This document shows, piece by piece, positions 18,832-28,600 of a stretch of 64,000 nt of DNA. The position numbers and the translations under genes were made by a program. Every line of letters begins with the position of its first letter. Within the stretch, counting starts at the first letter, position 1. Below the pieces are notes generated by a model that saw nothing but the letters and a program-made list of their open reading frames with translations, did not search any database and had not been told where the DNA came from. This DNA comes from Polyangiales bacterium. Its GTDB lineage: Bacteria > Myxococcota_A > Polyangia > Polyangiales > Polyangiaceae. The DNA is taken from assembly GCA_038231275.1 (NCBI GenBank), contig JBBRLQ010000016.1:64001-128000 (forward strand), written 5' to 3'.

Positions 18832-20061
18832 ATGGCCACCGCCACAAGCAAGCCGCGACTCCGAGCGATCGAGAGCATCGTCGTGACCGATCCCCGTGAC
18901 GGGCGCGTCCTCGTCCTCCGCGACACGCAAGGCGTCGCCGAGGGGCACGTGTCGATGCCGGTCGCGCTCTCCGCCGTGGTCGGGCGATTCACGGGGAGAA
19001 AGACCTGCCGCGAGATCGCGCGCGAGGTCTCGCGCGAGCTCGATCAGGACGTGCCCGAGGAGATCGTCGTGCGCCTCGCCACGCAACTCGAGGACGCCCT
19101 CTACTGCGAGGGGCCGCGCTTCACGGAGGCCCTCGCGCGCGCGCACGACGTCTTCGCCGATCTCGACGTCCGGCCCGCGACCCACGCCGGCGGCGCCTAC
19201 CACGGCGCCAAGGACCAGCTCGCGCGATACCTCGACACCGAGTGCCTCGGCGCCGCGAAGCGAAGCGAGAAGGGACGCATCGTCGGCCTGGTCGCGCCGC
19301 ACATCGATCCGTGGCGCGGCGCGCTCGGCTACGGCCACGCGTACGGCGCGCTCGAGAGCACGCTCTCCGAGGAGGCCGACACGTTCGTGCTCTTCGGCAC
19401 CTCCCACGCGCCGATGCGCCAGCCGTTCGCGCTCTGCCGCAAGGCCTTCGCGACACCGCTCGGTGCGATGAGCGTGGACGCCGACGCCGTCGACGGGCTC
19501 GCGTCCCGCGCGACGTTCGATCCGTACGCCGATCAGTTCAACCACAAGCGCGAACACTCCCTCGAGTTCCAGGTCGTGTTCTTGAAGCACCTCCTCGGCG
19601 AGCGACCGGCGCGCATCGTGCCCATCCTCGCCGGCCTCGGGCGGCACCAGGCGCACGGGACCGATCCGGGCGAGGATGACGCGGTCGTGCGTTTTCTGGA
19701 CGGCGTGCGGGCGCTCGTCGATGCGCGCCCGGGTCGCGTGGTCGTCATCGCCGGCGCAGATCTCGCGCATACCGGTCCGCGCTTCGGCGATTCGCAGGGC
19801 TACGACGCCCACGCGCGCCGCGATCTCGAGACGAAGGACCGTGCGTCTCTTAGGCACGCCGCCGATGTCGCCCCTGCCGCGTTCTGGGACGACGTCGCGG
19901 CCGATCTCGACACCCGACGCGTCTGCGGCCTCGCGCCGATTTACTCGCTCCTCCACGCGCTTCCCGACGGCACGCGCGGGCGCGCGCTCCATTACGAGCA
20001 GAACGTCGATCCCGACGACGGCTCGATCGTCAGCCACGCCGCCGTCGGCTTTTTCTCCTGA
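18832..20061 (+). CDS. MEMO1 family protein (AmmeMemoRadiSam system protein B) with N-terminal extension
   Basis: RPATHAGGAY, VAPHID, GTSH, HKREHSLEFQ, ADLAHTGPRFGD, VCGLAPI. Confidence 0.9.
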   Translation: MATATSKPRLRAIESIVVTDPRDGRVLVLRDTQGVAEGHVSMPVALSAVVGRFTGRKTCREIAREVSRELDQDVPEEIVVRLATQLEDALYCEGPRFTEALARAHDVFADLDVRPATHAGGAYHGAKDQLARYLDTECLGAAKRSEKGRIVGLVAPHIDPWRGALGYGHAYGALESTLSEEADTFVLFGTSHAPMRQPFALCRKAFATPLGAMSVDADAVDGLASRATFDPYADQFNHKREHSLEFQVVFLKHLLGERPARIVPILAGLGRHQAHGTDPGEDDAVVRFLDGVRALVDARPGRVVVIAGADLAHTGPRFGDSQGYDAHARRDLETKDRASLRHAADVAPAAFWDDVAADLDTRRVCGLAPIYSLLHALPDGTRGRALHYEQNVDPDDGSIVSHAAVGFFS

Positions 20062-20092
20062 CGTGCCAAGGGCGCGTGGCAAACTGGAGCCG

Positions 20093-20539
20093 ATGAACGA
20101 CGACGACGCCAAGCCGGCCGCAGCCCCGCTCGGGCGTTACCAAGGCCCCGCGCGCGCCGCGCCCTACCCGCTCAGCCGCATGACACCGGCCTTCGATTTG
20201 GTCGACGTCGCAGCCGAGATCCAGCGCGCCGACACGATGCTCGCGACGGTCACCGGCGGCAAGCTCGAGGTCATCGCCGAGCAGATCCGCGTCCTGCAAG
20301 ACAAGGCGCGCGCCCTCCTCGACGCTGCGCGCCGCGACGCCGAGCTCCACCGCATCAAATGCAGCTTCGAGAAGCGCATCGGCGGCGTCTACCACCTCTA
20401 TCGGGAGGAGGATGGGACGGAGTGGTTCTCCCTCATCGCGCCCGACGAGTGGCGGACGAAGCAGACGCACACGTTCCTTGGGACGTATCGGCTGGAGATC
20501 GACATGGGATTTTCGCGGATCGACGGCGGGACACCATGA
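20093..20539 (+). CDS. DUF2452 family protein
   Basis: PYPLSR, KLEVIAEQIRVLQ, LHRIKCSFEKRIGGVYHLY, FSLIAPDEW pattern. Confidence 0.8.
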   Translation: MNDDDAKPAAAPLGRYQGPARAAPYPLSRMTPAFDLVDVAAEIQRADTMLATVTGGKLEVIAEQIRVLQDKARALLDAARRDAELHRIKCSFEKRIGGVYHLYREEDGTEWFSLIAPDEWRTKQTHTFLGTYRLEIDMGFSRIDGGTP

Positions 20540-21159
20540 AGCGACTCCTCGCCTTCGCCTTCGCCCTCGCCGTGACCGCCTGCGGCGCGGCGACTCCGAC
20601 TCCGACTCCGACTCCGACTCCGACTCCGACTCCGACTCCGACTCCGACCCCGACCCCGACCCCGACTCCGACTCCGGCTCCGGCTCCGACTCTCGGCGTC
20701 GGCGTCGGCGCGGACAAGATCGCCCCCTACACTCCCGAGCAGATCCGCGACGCCACGCCGGAAGGACGCACCTACCGCTACCGCATCGTCCGCGAGGGCA
20801 AGCCTGTGCGAATCGACGAGATGAAGTTCGTCCGTGTCGACGCGCAGGGGGCGGATGTCTCGAGCACGTCACGCGAAGAGCCCGCCGCGGCCACCGAGCC
20901 AAAGATCAAGACGGTCACGTGGGCCGAGCTGCGTGCGCACGGCGAGTTCCCGCGCGCGCTCGTCACCGTCGCGGACGAGCCCGTCGACGTCCCCGCCGGC
21001 CACTTCACGTGCATGGTCTTCACGCTGAAGGACGCGGCGAAGAACGAGGTGTCGCGGTTCTACTTCGCGCGCGAGATTCCCGGCGCGCCAGTCCTCTACT
21101 TCACCGAGAAGGATGGCAAGCGCGTGATGACGGCGACGCTCCTCGAGCATCGCCGGTAG
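20536..21159 (+). CDS. Hypothetical lipoprotein with Thr-Pro linker
   Basis: Lipobox VTAC; (TP)14(AP)2 linker; VDVPAGHFTC motif; ATGA coupling to the upstream gene. Confidence 0.8.
   Translation: MKRLLAFAFALAVTACGAATPTPTPTPTPTPTPTPTPTPTPTPTPTPAPAPTLGVGVGADKIAPYTPEQIRDATPEGRTYRYRIVREGKPVRIDEMKFVRVDAQGADVSSTSREEPAAATEPKIKTVTWAELRAHGEFPRALVTVADEPVDVPAGHFTCMVFTLKDAAKNEVSRFYFAREIPGAPVLYFTEKDGKRVMTATLLEHRR
20593..20688 (+). repeat. Hexanucleotide repeat (ACTCCG)n, 16 units including variants
   Basis: 9x ACTCCG, 3x ACCCCG, 2x ACTCCG, 2x GCTCCG. Confidence 0.95.
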
Positions 21160-21268
21160 CCGGCCGCATCGAACTGGGACCACGCGATGCTCCACGTCAC
21201 CGCCACCGCGCCGCGCCCGCCTGGAGCCATGACCATGCGCCGCGCGTAGGTGTCCCTCACGGCGAGGA

Positions 21269-21283
21269 GACGTCAGTGACGTC
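21269..21283. promoter_or_regulatory. Perfect palindrome, candidate regulator binding site upstream of cheX
   Basis: GACGTCA-G-TGACGTC in a 360-bp intergenic region. Confidence 0.35.
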
Positions 21284-21470
21284 GGGGTTCGAGCACGAAG
21301 CGGGAGAGAAGGAACTCGTCGGCAAGTCGGCTTTTTTGGCGGCCCGCCCGTCGGGCTCCTGAGGTCCGCGTCGGTGCGCGTGTACGCCAAACTCCGACTT
21401 TCTTTCTCAGGTCGTCGGAGCTCTTGGCCGTTCCACGCTTCATGCGCGACCCGTCTGCACGCCTCCTTCG

Positions 21471-21486
21471 CGGCGCACCTGCTGCT
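21471..21486 (+). promoter_or_regulatory. Possible sigma54 promoter for the cheX-led cluster
   Basis: CGGCGCACCTGCTGCT (GG-N10-GC), followed by a GAGGAGG RBS; weaker consensus match. Confidence 0.4.
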
Positions 21487-21518
21487 CGCACCGGCGCGTC
21501 CCGAGGAGGCCTTGCGCC

Positions 21519-22061
21519 TTGAGCCTCTCCGACGAGCTGCAACGCCTCGTTCCGAACGCGTGCGAGGAGGTCCTGTCCTCGATCGGCTTCCGCGCGAAGG
21601 GATCGAGCTTCGGCGACGTGACAGGCGTGCTCGCGCGGCCGCAGGAATACGCGGCGGGGATGACCGACTTCTTCGGCGAGGCGATGACCGGGAAGCTCGT
21701 GCTGGTGAGCACCTTCGACTTCTTCGCAAAATCCGGCCCCAATCGCTGCACGCCGCTGAACATCGAGTCGGCGCGCGACTGGATCCGCGTGCGTGACTGG
21801 ACAATGGAGCTGTCGAACCAGCTCGTCGGGCGCGTGAAGAACCGGCTCTGCACGCTCGGGGTCTCCCTGGACACGCGCCTCCCCAAGGCGGCGTCGGGCC
21901 ACGCGCTCACCGTCATCGTTCGCGAGCGGAAGCGTCCCCCTATCCTCTTCATCGCGGGCGGGCACGACGTCCGCGTCTGGTTCGAGGCGACCGTGAACGA
22001 GCAAGCCGGTCGCGGGCCCCGTGTCGATCCACTGGGCGAAGGGGACGTCGTCTGTTTCTGA
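21519..22061 (+). CDS. cheX: CheX/CheC-like chemotaxis phosphatase
   Basis: DWTMELSNQLVGRVKNRL contains the ExxN catalytic motif; size and GxxxF.G...G.LVL strand pattern fit CheX. Confidence 0.78.
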   Translation: MSLSDELQRLVPNACEEVLSSIGFRAKGSSFGDVTGVLARPQEYAAGMTDFFGEAMTGKLVLVSTFDFFAKSGPNRCTPLNIESARDWIRVRDWTMELSNQLVGRVKNRLCTLGVSLDTRLPKAASGHALTVIVRERKRPPILFIAGGHDVRVWFEATVNEQAGRGPRVDPLGEGDVVCF

Positions 22062-22138
22062 GCGGCGCTCCTACCCCGCCCCACCAAAGGAAGGCGGACC
22101 GATCAAGTCGGGGTGGTCACCAGCCGTTCCTCCAACGG

Positions 22139-24340
22139 ATGGCCTCGTTCACATCACGGCCCGAGGTGCGCGCAGAGAACGGAGCGCGACGACGCTTCGT
22201 CTCTGTCGGCACCAAGCTGACGGGCGCGATGCTCGTGGTGCTGTGCGTCGTGACCGGGTTCGCCTACTTCGAGGTGAGCCGGCACGAGACCGAGGTGCTC
22301 CTGTCGTCGAAGGCGCGCGCGGCGTTGATGGTGAGCGATCTGTTCGCCGCAGGCGTGACCGCTCCGCTCTCCTTCGGCGACGAGCCTGGCGTGCGCGAGC
22401 ACATCGCCCAGCTGATGGCGAACGCCAACATCGTGTATGGCGGCGTGTGGGCCGTCGATCCGGCGCATCCCGGGGAGCGCGGCGAGCTCGTGGGTGAAAC
22501 GGCGCGGGGGTCCGACGTTCCCCCAGCGCCGCGGGAGATCCCCGCCAAAACCAACCTGACGGGCACCCCGCTCGTGTTCGTCGTCGAAGAGCCGGTTGCC
22601 GGCGCTTCGGGCGAGCTCCTAGGTGTCGCGCGCGTCGCGTTTTCGCTGCAGCCCCAAAACGCCGCGATCGCGGCCGCGAAAGACCGGACGTTGGCGACGT
22701 CCCTGGCGATGGGCTTCGTCCTCGCCGCGGTCCTCCTCGCGCTCTCGCGCACGCTGGTCGTCCGCAGGCTCGCCAGCCTCGCCCGCGCCGCCAAACGCCT
22801 GGAGGACGGCAGCGACGTCGACGTCGACGTCGACAGCAACGATGAAGTCGGCCACCTCGCACGTGCGTTCACGAGCATGAGCGCCGCCATCGCCAGCCGC
22901 GAAGCGCGCATCGTCTCCCGCAACCGCGACTTGAGACGCGTCCTCGACAACGTGGCCGAGGGCCTCATGACCGTCAAGAAGGACGGAGCGATGTCCGACG
23001 AGCGCTCCCGCGTCCTCGACCAGTGGTTCGGCGTCCCCGCGGAGAGCGCGAAGATCTTCGACTACTTCGAAGCCTTCGCGCCGGAGGTCGGGCGACTCTT
23101 GCGCATCGGCTGGCTCGCGCTCGAGGATGATTTCATGCCCGTCGAGGTGATCCTCGATCAATTGCCGCGACGCTTTCGCCACGGCCCGCGCGCCTTCGAC
23201 GTCGACTACTCGCCGATCTGGAAGGGTCGCGACAACGAGCTGGTCTTGGACGAGATCCTCGTCGTGGTGCGCGACGTCACGTCGTCGGTCGAGCGCGAGC
23301 GGGCCGAGCAAAGTCAACGCGAGGCGCTCCGCGTATTTCGGCACATTTTGCTCGATCCCGCAGGATTCCGCGGGTTCATGCAGGCTACCGCGCACCTCCT
23401 CGACGTCATCGAGCAGAACGCGCACGACGCGCCGCGCTCGCGCCGCGACATCCATACGCTCAACGGCAACGCGGCGCTCTACGGGCTCGAGAGCCTCTCC
23501 GCCGCCTGCCACCGCATCGAATCGCGTCTTCAGGACGAAGGGGGCGCGCCGACCGCCGCGGACCTCGTGGAGCTCCGCGCCGCGTGGGACCTCGTGTGTG
23601 CGCTCGCGTCGGATCTCGACGGACCGGCGCGGCGGCCGCACGTGGAGCTCCGGACCGAGGAGTACGAGCGTCATCTCGCGGAAATCGAGCGTGGCGCCGC
23701 GCATGCAGAGCTCGCCGCGACCGCGCGCGCATGGACCCACGAGCTCGCCGAGCGCCGCCTCGAGCGCATCGTCGAACAAGCTCGCTCGATCGCGCGGCGC
23801 GTGGGCAAGGCCGACGTGACGATCGAAGCGCACGCCCGACCCACCGCGTTGCGTCTCCCCGTGGCCCGCTGGGCGCCGTTTTGGAGCGTCTTCACCCACG
23901 TGCTTCGCAACACCCTCGATCATGGCATCGAGACGAACCAGGAGCGCGTCGCGACGGGAAAAACCGGGAGCGGCCGCGTCGACATCACCCTGTCGACGAC
24001 GCGCACCTCCGTCGAGCTTCGCGTCGAGGACGACGGTGGTGGGATCGCGTGGGAAAAAGTACGCGAGCGCGCCGTCGGGCTCGGCCTCGCCCACGACTCC
24101 CACTCGGATCTGGAGGAGGCGCTGTACGTCGATCGCATGACCACACGCCACTCGGTCACCGAGATCTCGGGTCGCGGCGTCGGCCTCGGGGCGGTCCGCG
24201 AGGTCGTCGTCGGCTGCGGTGGCACGATCGCCCTCGAAACCTCGCCCGGCCGCGGCACCGTATTCGTGTTCCGATTCCCCCTCGCCATGCTCGAGGACGC
24301 ACGAAGCAGCGCGCCGTCCACGACCCCCAAGGTGGCGTAG
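22139..24340 (+). CDS. Membrane sensor kinase: TM-periplasmic-TM-HAMP-PAS-like-HPt-CheA-type HATPase, no CheW domain
   Basis: Two TM helices; HAMP (SNDEVGHLARAFTSM); VLDNVAEGL; HPt RDIHTLNGNA; RNTLDHGIE, VEDDGGGI and EISGRGVGL CheA-type boxes. Confidence 0.9.
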   Translation: MASFTSRPEVRAENGARRRFVSVGTKLTGAMLVVLCVVTGFAYFEVSRHETEVLLSSKARAALMVSDLFAAGVTAPLSFGDEPGVREHIAQLMANANIVYGGVWAVDPAHPGERGELVGETARGSDVPPAPREIPAKTNLTGTPLVFVVEEPVAGASGELLGVARVAFSLQPQNAAIAAAKDRTLATSLAMGFVLAAVLLALSRTLVVRRLASLARAAKRLEDGSDVDVDVDSNDEVGHLARAFTSMSAAIASREARIVSRNRDLRRVLDNVAEGLMTVKKDGAMSDERSRVLDQWFGVPAESAKIFDYFEAFAPEVGRLLRIGWLALEDDFMPVEVILDQLPRRFRHGPRAFDVDYSPIWKGRDNELVLDEILVVVRDVTSSVERERAEQSQREALRVFRHILLDPAGFRGFMQATAHLLDVIEQNAHDAPRSRRDIHTLNGNAALYGLESLSAACHRIESRLQDEGGAPTAADLVELRAAWDLVCALASDLDGPARRPHVELRTEEYERHLAEIERGAAHAELAATARAWTHELAERRLERIVEQARSIARRVGKADVTIEAHARPTALRLPVARWAPFWSVFTHVLRNTLDHGIETNQERVATGKTGSGRVDITLSTTRTSVELRVEDDGGGIAWEKVRERAVGLGLAHDSHSDLEEALYVDRMTTRHSVTEISGRGVGLGAVREVVVGCGGTIALETSPGRGTVFVFRFPLAMLEDARSSAPSTTPKVA

Positions 24341-24395
24341 GCGACACGCTTCTTTCGGCTACAGGCTGGAGCCGACCGCCCGTTCACCTGAGGTC

Positions 24396-25622
24396 ATGGA
24401 CCGGACCCGCGCCGCAAACTTCGACCGGAACGCAGACCACGGGCAGGTCACGCACGACGCAGGCGAGGTCACCGGCATCCGGAAGAGCGTGCCCGCGCGG
24501 GCCTCGCGAACGCGCGTCGAGGTGGACCTCGCGGCGATCGTCGCCAACGCGCGCGACGTGAAAGAACGCGTCGGCCACGGCACAGGCGTGCTCGCGATGC
24601 TGAAGGCGAACGCGTACGGCCACGGTCTCCTCCCGGTCGCCCACGCGCTCGCGCTGGACGGGACGATCGCGGGCATGGTGGTCACGACGCAAGCCGACGG
24701 CCTCGCGCTCCGCCGGAGCGGCATTGGGACGCCCATCCTCGTCCTCGGTGCCGGCTCCGTCACCGATCCTCGCGCCGGGCTCGACGCGGGGCTCGTCCCC
24801 GTCCTCGCGTCGGTCAGCGATCTCGAAGCCGTGGCGCGCGCGGCGCGGGCGCGAGGCCTGCGTGCGGCCGTCCACGTGAAGCTCGACACGGGAATGGGGC
24901 GCCTCGGCGTGAAGGAGGCCGACGTTCACGCGTTCCTGCGCGCGGCGAGCCGCTGTCCCGAGATCGCGATCGTCGGACTCTGCACGCATCTCACGTCCGC
25001 GGACGACGGCGATCCGGCGCAGAGCGATCACCAGCTCGCGGCCTTCGAAGGGGCATACGCGGCCTTCGCCGCCGCCGGGCATTGGCCGACGGAGCTCCAC
25101 GTCGCGAACACCGCGGCCACGTTTCGTTTACCCCGTACGCACTTCTCGCACGTGCGCACCGGGATCGCGCTGTTCGGAGGCGACGAGCCGAGCGGCGCGC
25201 GACTACGGCCGGCGATGCGGCTCGTCACACACGTCGCCGAGGTCCGCGCCGTGGCGACGGGCGACGGTGTCTCGTACGGCGCGACGTGGCGTGCCCCGCG
25301 CCCCTCGCGGATCGCGACGCTCCCCGTCGGCTATTCCTCGGGCTACCCGCGACGGCTCGCCGGGCGCGCCGAAGTGCTCGTCCACGGACGCCGCTGCCCC
25401 GTGGTCGGCCTCATCTGCATGGAGGCCTGCATGGTCGACGTGACGGACCTTCCCTTCGACGTGACCGTCGGCGACGACGTCGTGCTCTTCGGAGACGACG
25501 GTGCGGACCGGATCCTCGCGACCGACCTGGCGCAGGCGACCGGTGGAATCGTCGAAGAAATTTTTTGCGGCATCCCACGAGACCTGCCGCGCGAATACCG
25601 CGACGCGGGAGCCCCACGATGA
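24396..25622 (+). CDS. alr: Alanine-racemase-family PLP enzyme with atypical active-site entry residues
   Basis: KANAYGHG (PLP Lys), HVKLDTGMGRLG, VRTGIALFG, GVSYG (catalytic Tyr). Substrate may not be alanine. Confidence 0.88.
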   Translation: MDRTRAANFDRNADHGQVTHDAGEVTGIRKSVPARASRTRVEVDLAAIVANARDVKERVGHGTGVLAMLKANAYGHGLLPVAHALALDGTIAGMVVTTQADGLALRRSGIGTPILVLGAGSVTDPRAGLDAGLVPVLASVSDLEAVARAARARGLRAAVHVKLDTGMGRLGVKEADVHAFLRAASRCPEIAIVGLCTHLTSADDGDPAQSDHQLAAFEGAYAAFAAAGHWPTELHVANTAATFRLPRTHFSHVRTGIALFGGDEPSGARLRPAMRLVTHVAEVRAVATGDGVSYGATWRAPRPSRIATLPVGYSSGYPRRLAGRAEVLVHGRRCPVVGLICMEACMVDVTDLPFDVTVGDDVVLFGDDGADRILATDLAQATGGIVEEIFCGIPRDLPREYRDAGAPR

Positions 25623-28600
25623 CGTCCCTCCGAGCCACGACACGCGCATCCCTGGACGATACGGGTCTCCTCGCGATCGCCGGTGCCCACTCGGCGTCAC
25701 CGGGGGCCGCGCTCATCGGCGTCGTCGCGGGCTTGCTCACGCGTTACTCCGGCAAGACCGCGGTGACGTTGCGTGTCGACGTCGACGGCGTCGCCCGCCG
25801 GTTGCGCGTCGACGTCGATGGAGCCCCGAGCACCGGTGAGCTCGTTTCCCGCGCCGAGGTCGCGCTCGCCGCCGCCGTCGCCGACGAGAGCCGGTCGGAA
25901 GGGCACGCGCTCCCGGGAATCGTCGACGACGCCGATGTGCACGTCGTGCTCGGCCCGGTGACGGACACGGAAGGCGCCGATCTGGTTATTTCCGCGTCGA
26001 AAGGCGGCATCGATCTCGACTTCGGCGCGCGCATCGAAGCCATCGCGGCGGACCGGATCACGTCCCACGTGTCGACGCTGATCGCGGCGATGGCGTCCGC
26101 CGCCGACGCACGCGCTGCGGTGGCGATGCCCGTGGCCTGTTTGCCCCTGGTCGATGGGGAAGAGCACGCCTGGCTCCTCGCGCGCTCGAACGCCTGCAAC
26201 ATCCTCTGGAACGAGGCGCTCCCCAGCGTCGTCGCCCTGTTCGAGGCGCACGCGCGGAAAACGCCGGACGCTCCCGCACTGCAAGAGGGCGCCCGCACCT
26301 ACACGTACGCGGAGACCAACGCCGCCGCCGATGCGTTGGCTGCACTACTGCGTGCGCGCGTCGGCGACGAGAATCGACGCGTGGCCGTGTACCTCGAACG
26401 CGGCGCGTACGCCGTGATCGCGTTCCTGGGAATTCTCAAGGCGCGCGCGACGTACGTGCCGATCGACGTCACCTACCCGCAAGGGCGTGTGGCCGCGATC
26501 CTCGCCGTGGCGGCGCCCGCCGTCCTGCTCACCCGCGCCGCGTTGTCCGCGGACGCGTCGGCGAGCCTCGAATTCGCGCCCCCTCGCGTGCTCGTCGACG
26601 ATCCCGCACGCGACGAAGCCGAAGGCGCGCGCATCGTGGACGTGCCGCCCGGCGCGACGACGGTGCGGCCCGACGACATCGCCTACACGATCTTCACCTC
26701 GGGCTCGACGGGCCAGCCGAAGGGTGTCGTCGTCGATCATCGAGCGCTCGCCAGCTACGCGCGCGCCGTCACCGACGCCTACGGCCTCGGCGCGCATGAT
26801 CGAGTCCTCCAAGCCGCGTCGCTCGGCTTCGATCTCAGCCTCGAAGAGATCGTCATCACGTTGACCGCCGGCGCGTGCCTCGTCTTCCGCAGCGCCGCGC
26901 CCATCGCGTCGGTCCAGTCGTTCGTCGCCGAGTGCGACGCCGCACGCCTCACCGTCCTCAGCATCACGTCGGCGCTCTGGCACGAGCTGACGCTGCGCCT
27001 CGACGACGGCTCCGTGCGCCTCCCGGAGCGCGTGCGCCTCGTGATCCTCGGCGCGGACGTCGCGCGCCCCGACATCCTCACGGTGTGGAGGCGCGCCACC
27101 GACCCGTCGATACGCCTCGTGAACAGCTACGGTTTGACTGAGACGACTATCGTTGCGACGGTGTGGGAAGACACGCGCGCGCCGCTCGGCGAAGGTCTCC
27201 GCGCGTTGCCCGTAGGACGGCCTCTCCGCAACGCCTCCACCTACGTGCTCGACGCGCACTCCGCGTTCGTCCCCGTCGGCGTCGCCGGCGAAGTCTGCGT
27301 GGGCGGCCTCGCGGTCGCGCGTGGATACCTCGGCGACGAAGCGCTCACCCGCGCGCGGTTCGTACCCGACCCGTTTCTCCCCGGCCATCTCATGTACCGG
27401 ACGGGCGACCGCGGCATCCTCGGAGCCGGCGGCGACCTGCAGTTTCTCGGGCGCGCCGACTACCAGATCAAGGTAAACGGCGTACGCATCGAGCTCGGGG
27501 AGATCGAGACGCGGCTCCGCGAGCTCCCGGGTGTCGTGGAGGGCGTCGTCGTCGCGCAAAAAAACCACGCGGGCGAGACCGAGCTCGACGCGCACGTGAT
27601 GGTCACGTCGTCGGCGGTGACCGCGGAAGCACTGCGGGCACACCTGCAGCTCGTCATCCCGCTCGCAGCCGTCCCCGCGCGATTCCACGTAGTCGACCGT
27701 TTCCCCCTCACGCCGGCGGGCAAGATCGATCGGCGCGCCCTCGCCGCACGCGTGACGCCGTCGTTGCGGGTCGCCGGCGTGGACCAGACGCCGCCGTCGA
27801 CGCCGACCGAAGAGCTGGTCGTGCGCGCGATCGCCGAGGTCCTCGGTCGGCCCAGCGTGGGCGTTCTCGACGACTTCGTCCGCCTCGGAGGGACCTCCTT
27901 GGCGGCGGTCCGCGCCGCGTCGCTCCTCGCGCATCGAATGTCGCGGCCCGTGCGCGCACAGGTCTTCCTCGACGGGAGAACCCTTCGGGAGGCATCGGCG
28001 GACCTCGCGAGCCCCATGCACACCCACGCCACGTCGCTCGTTCCATTGGGATCGATCGCGCGCGATCAGGCGCTCGATCCGGCGATCGTCGCGCTCGGCG
28101 ACGTCGCGGGTCGGGGCACGCTCGCGAACGTGCTCGTGACCGGCGCCACCGGCTTCTTCGGCGCCTTCGTGCTGGCCGAGCTCCTCCGCGAGACGTCGGG
28201 CCACGTCACGTGCATCGTGCGCGCCGCGTCGCTGGAGGAGGCACGCGCGCGACTAGTCGCGAACGCCGAGCGTCTCGAATGCGGCATCGAGCCCGACGCG
28301 TGGTCGCGGGTGACCGCGGTCGCGGGAGACCTCGCTGCGCCGTTCTTGGGCCTCGCCCCCGCCGACTACAAGCGCCTCGCCGCCACCGTCGACACGGTCT
28401 TCCACGTCGGCGCGCGCGTGAACATGATGCTGCCGTATAGCGCGCTGCGCGGGAGCAACGTCGTCGCCGTCGAATCCGTCCTTCGCTTCGCCACGACCGC
28501 GCGCGCGAAGACCGTGCACCACGTCTCGACGGTGGAGGTCCTCGCCGACACCGATCCGGGCGATCCCCAGGCGCGCCAAGAGCGTCGCGCCGCGGCCACG

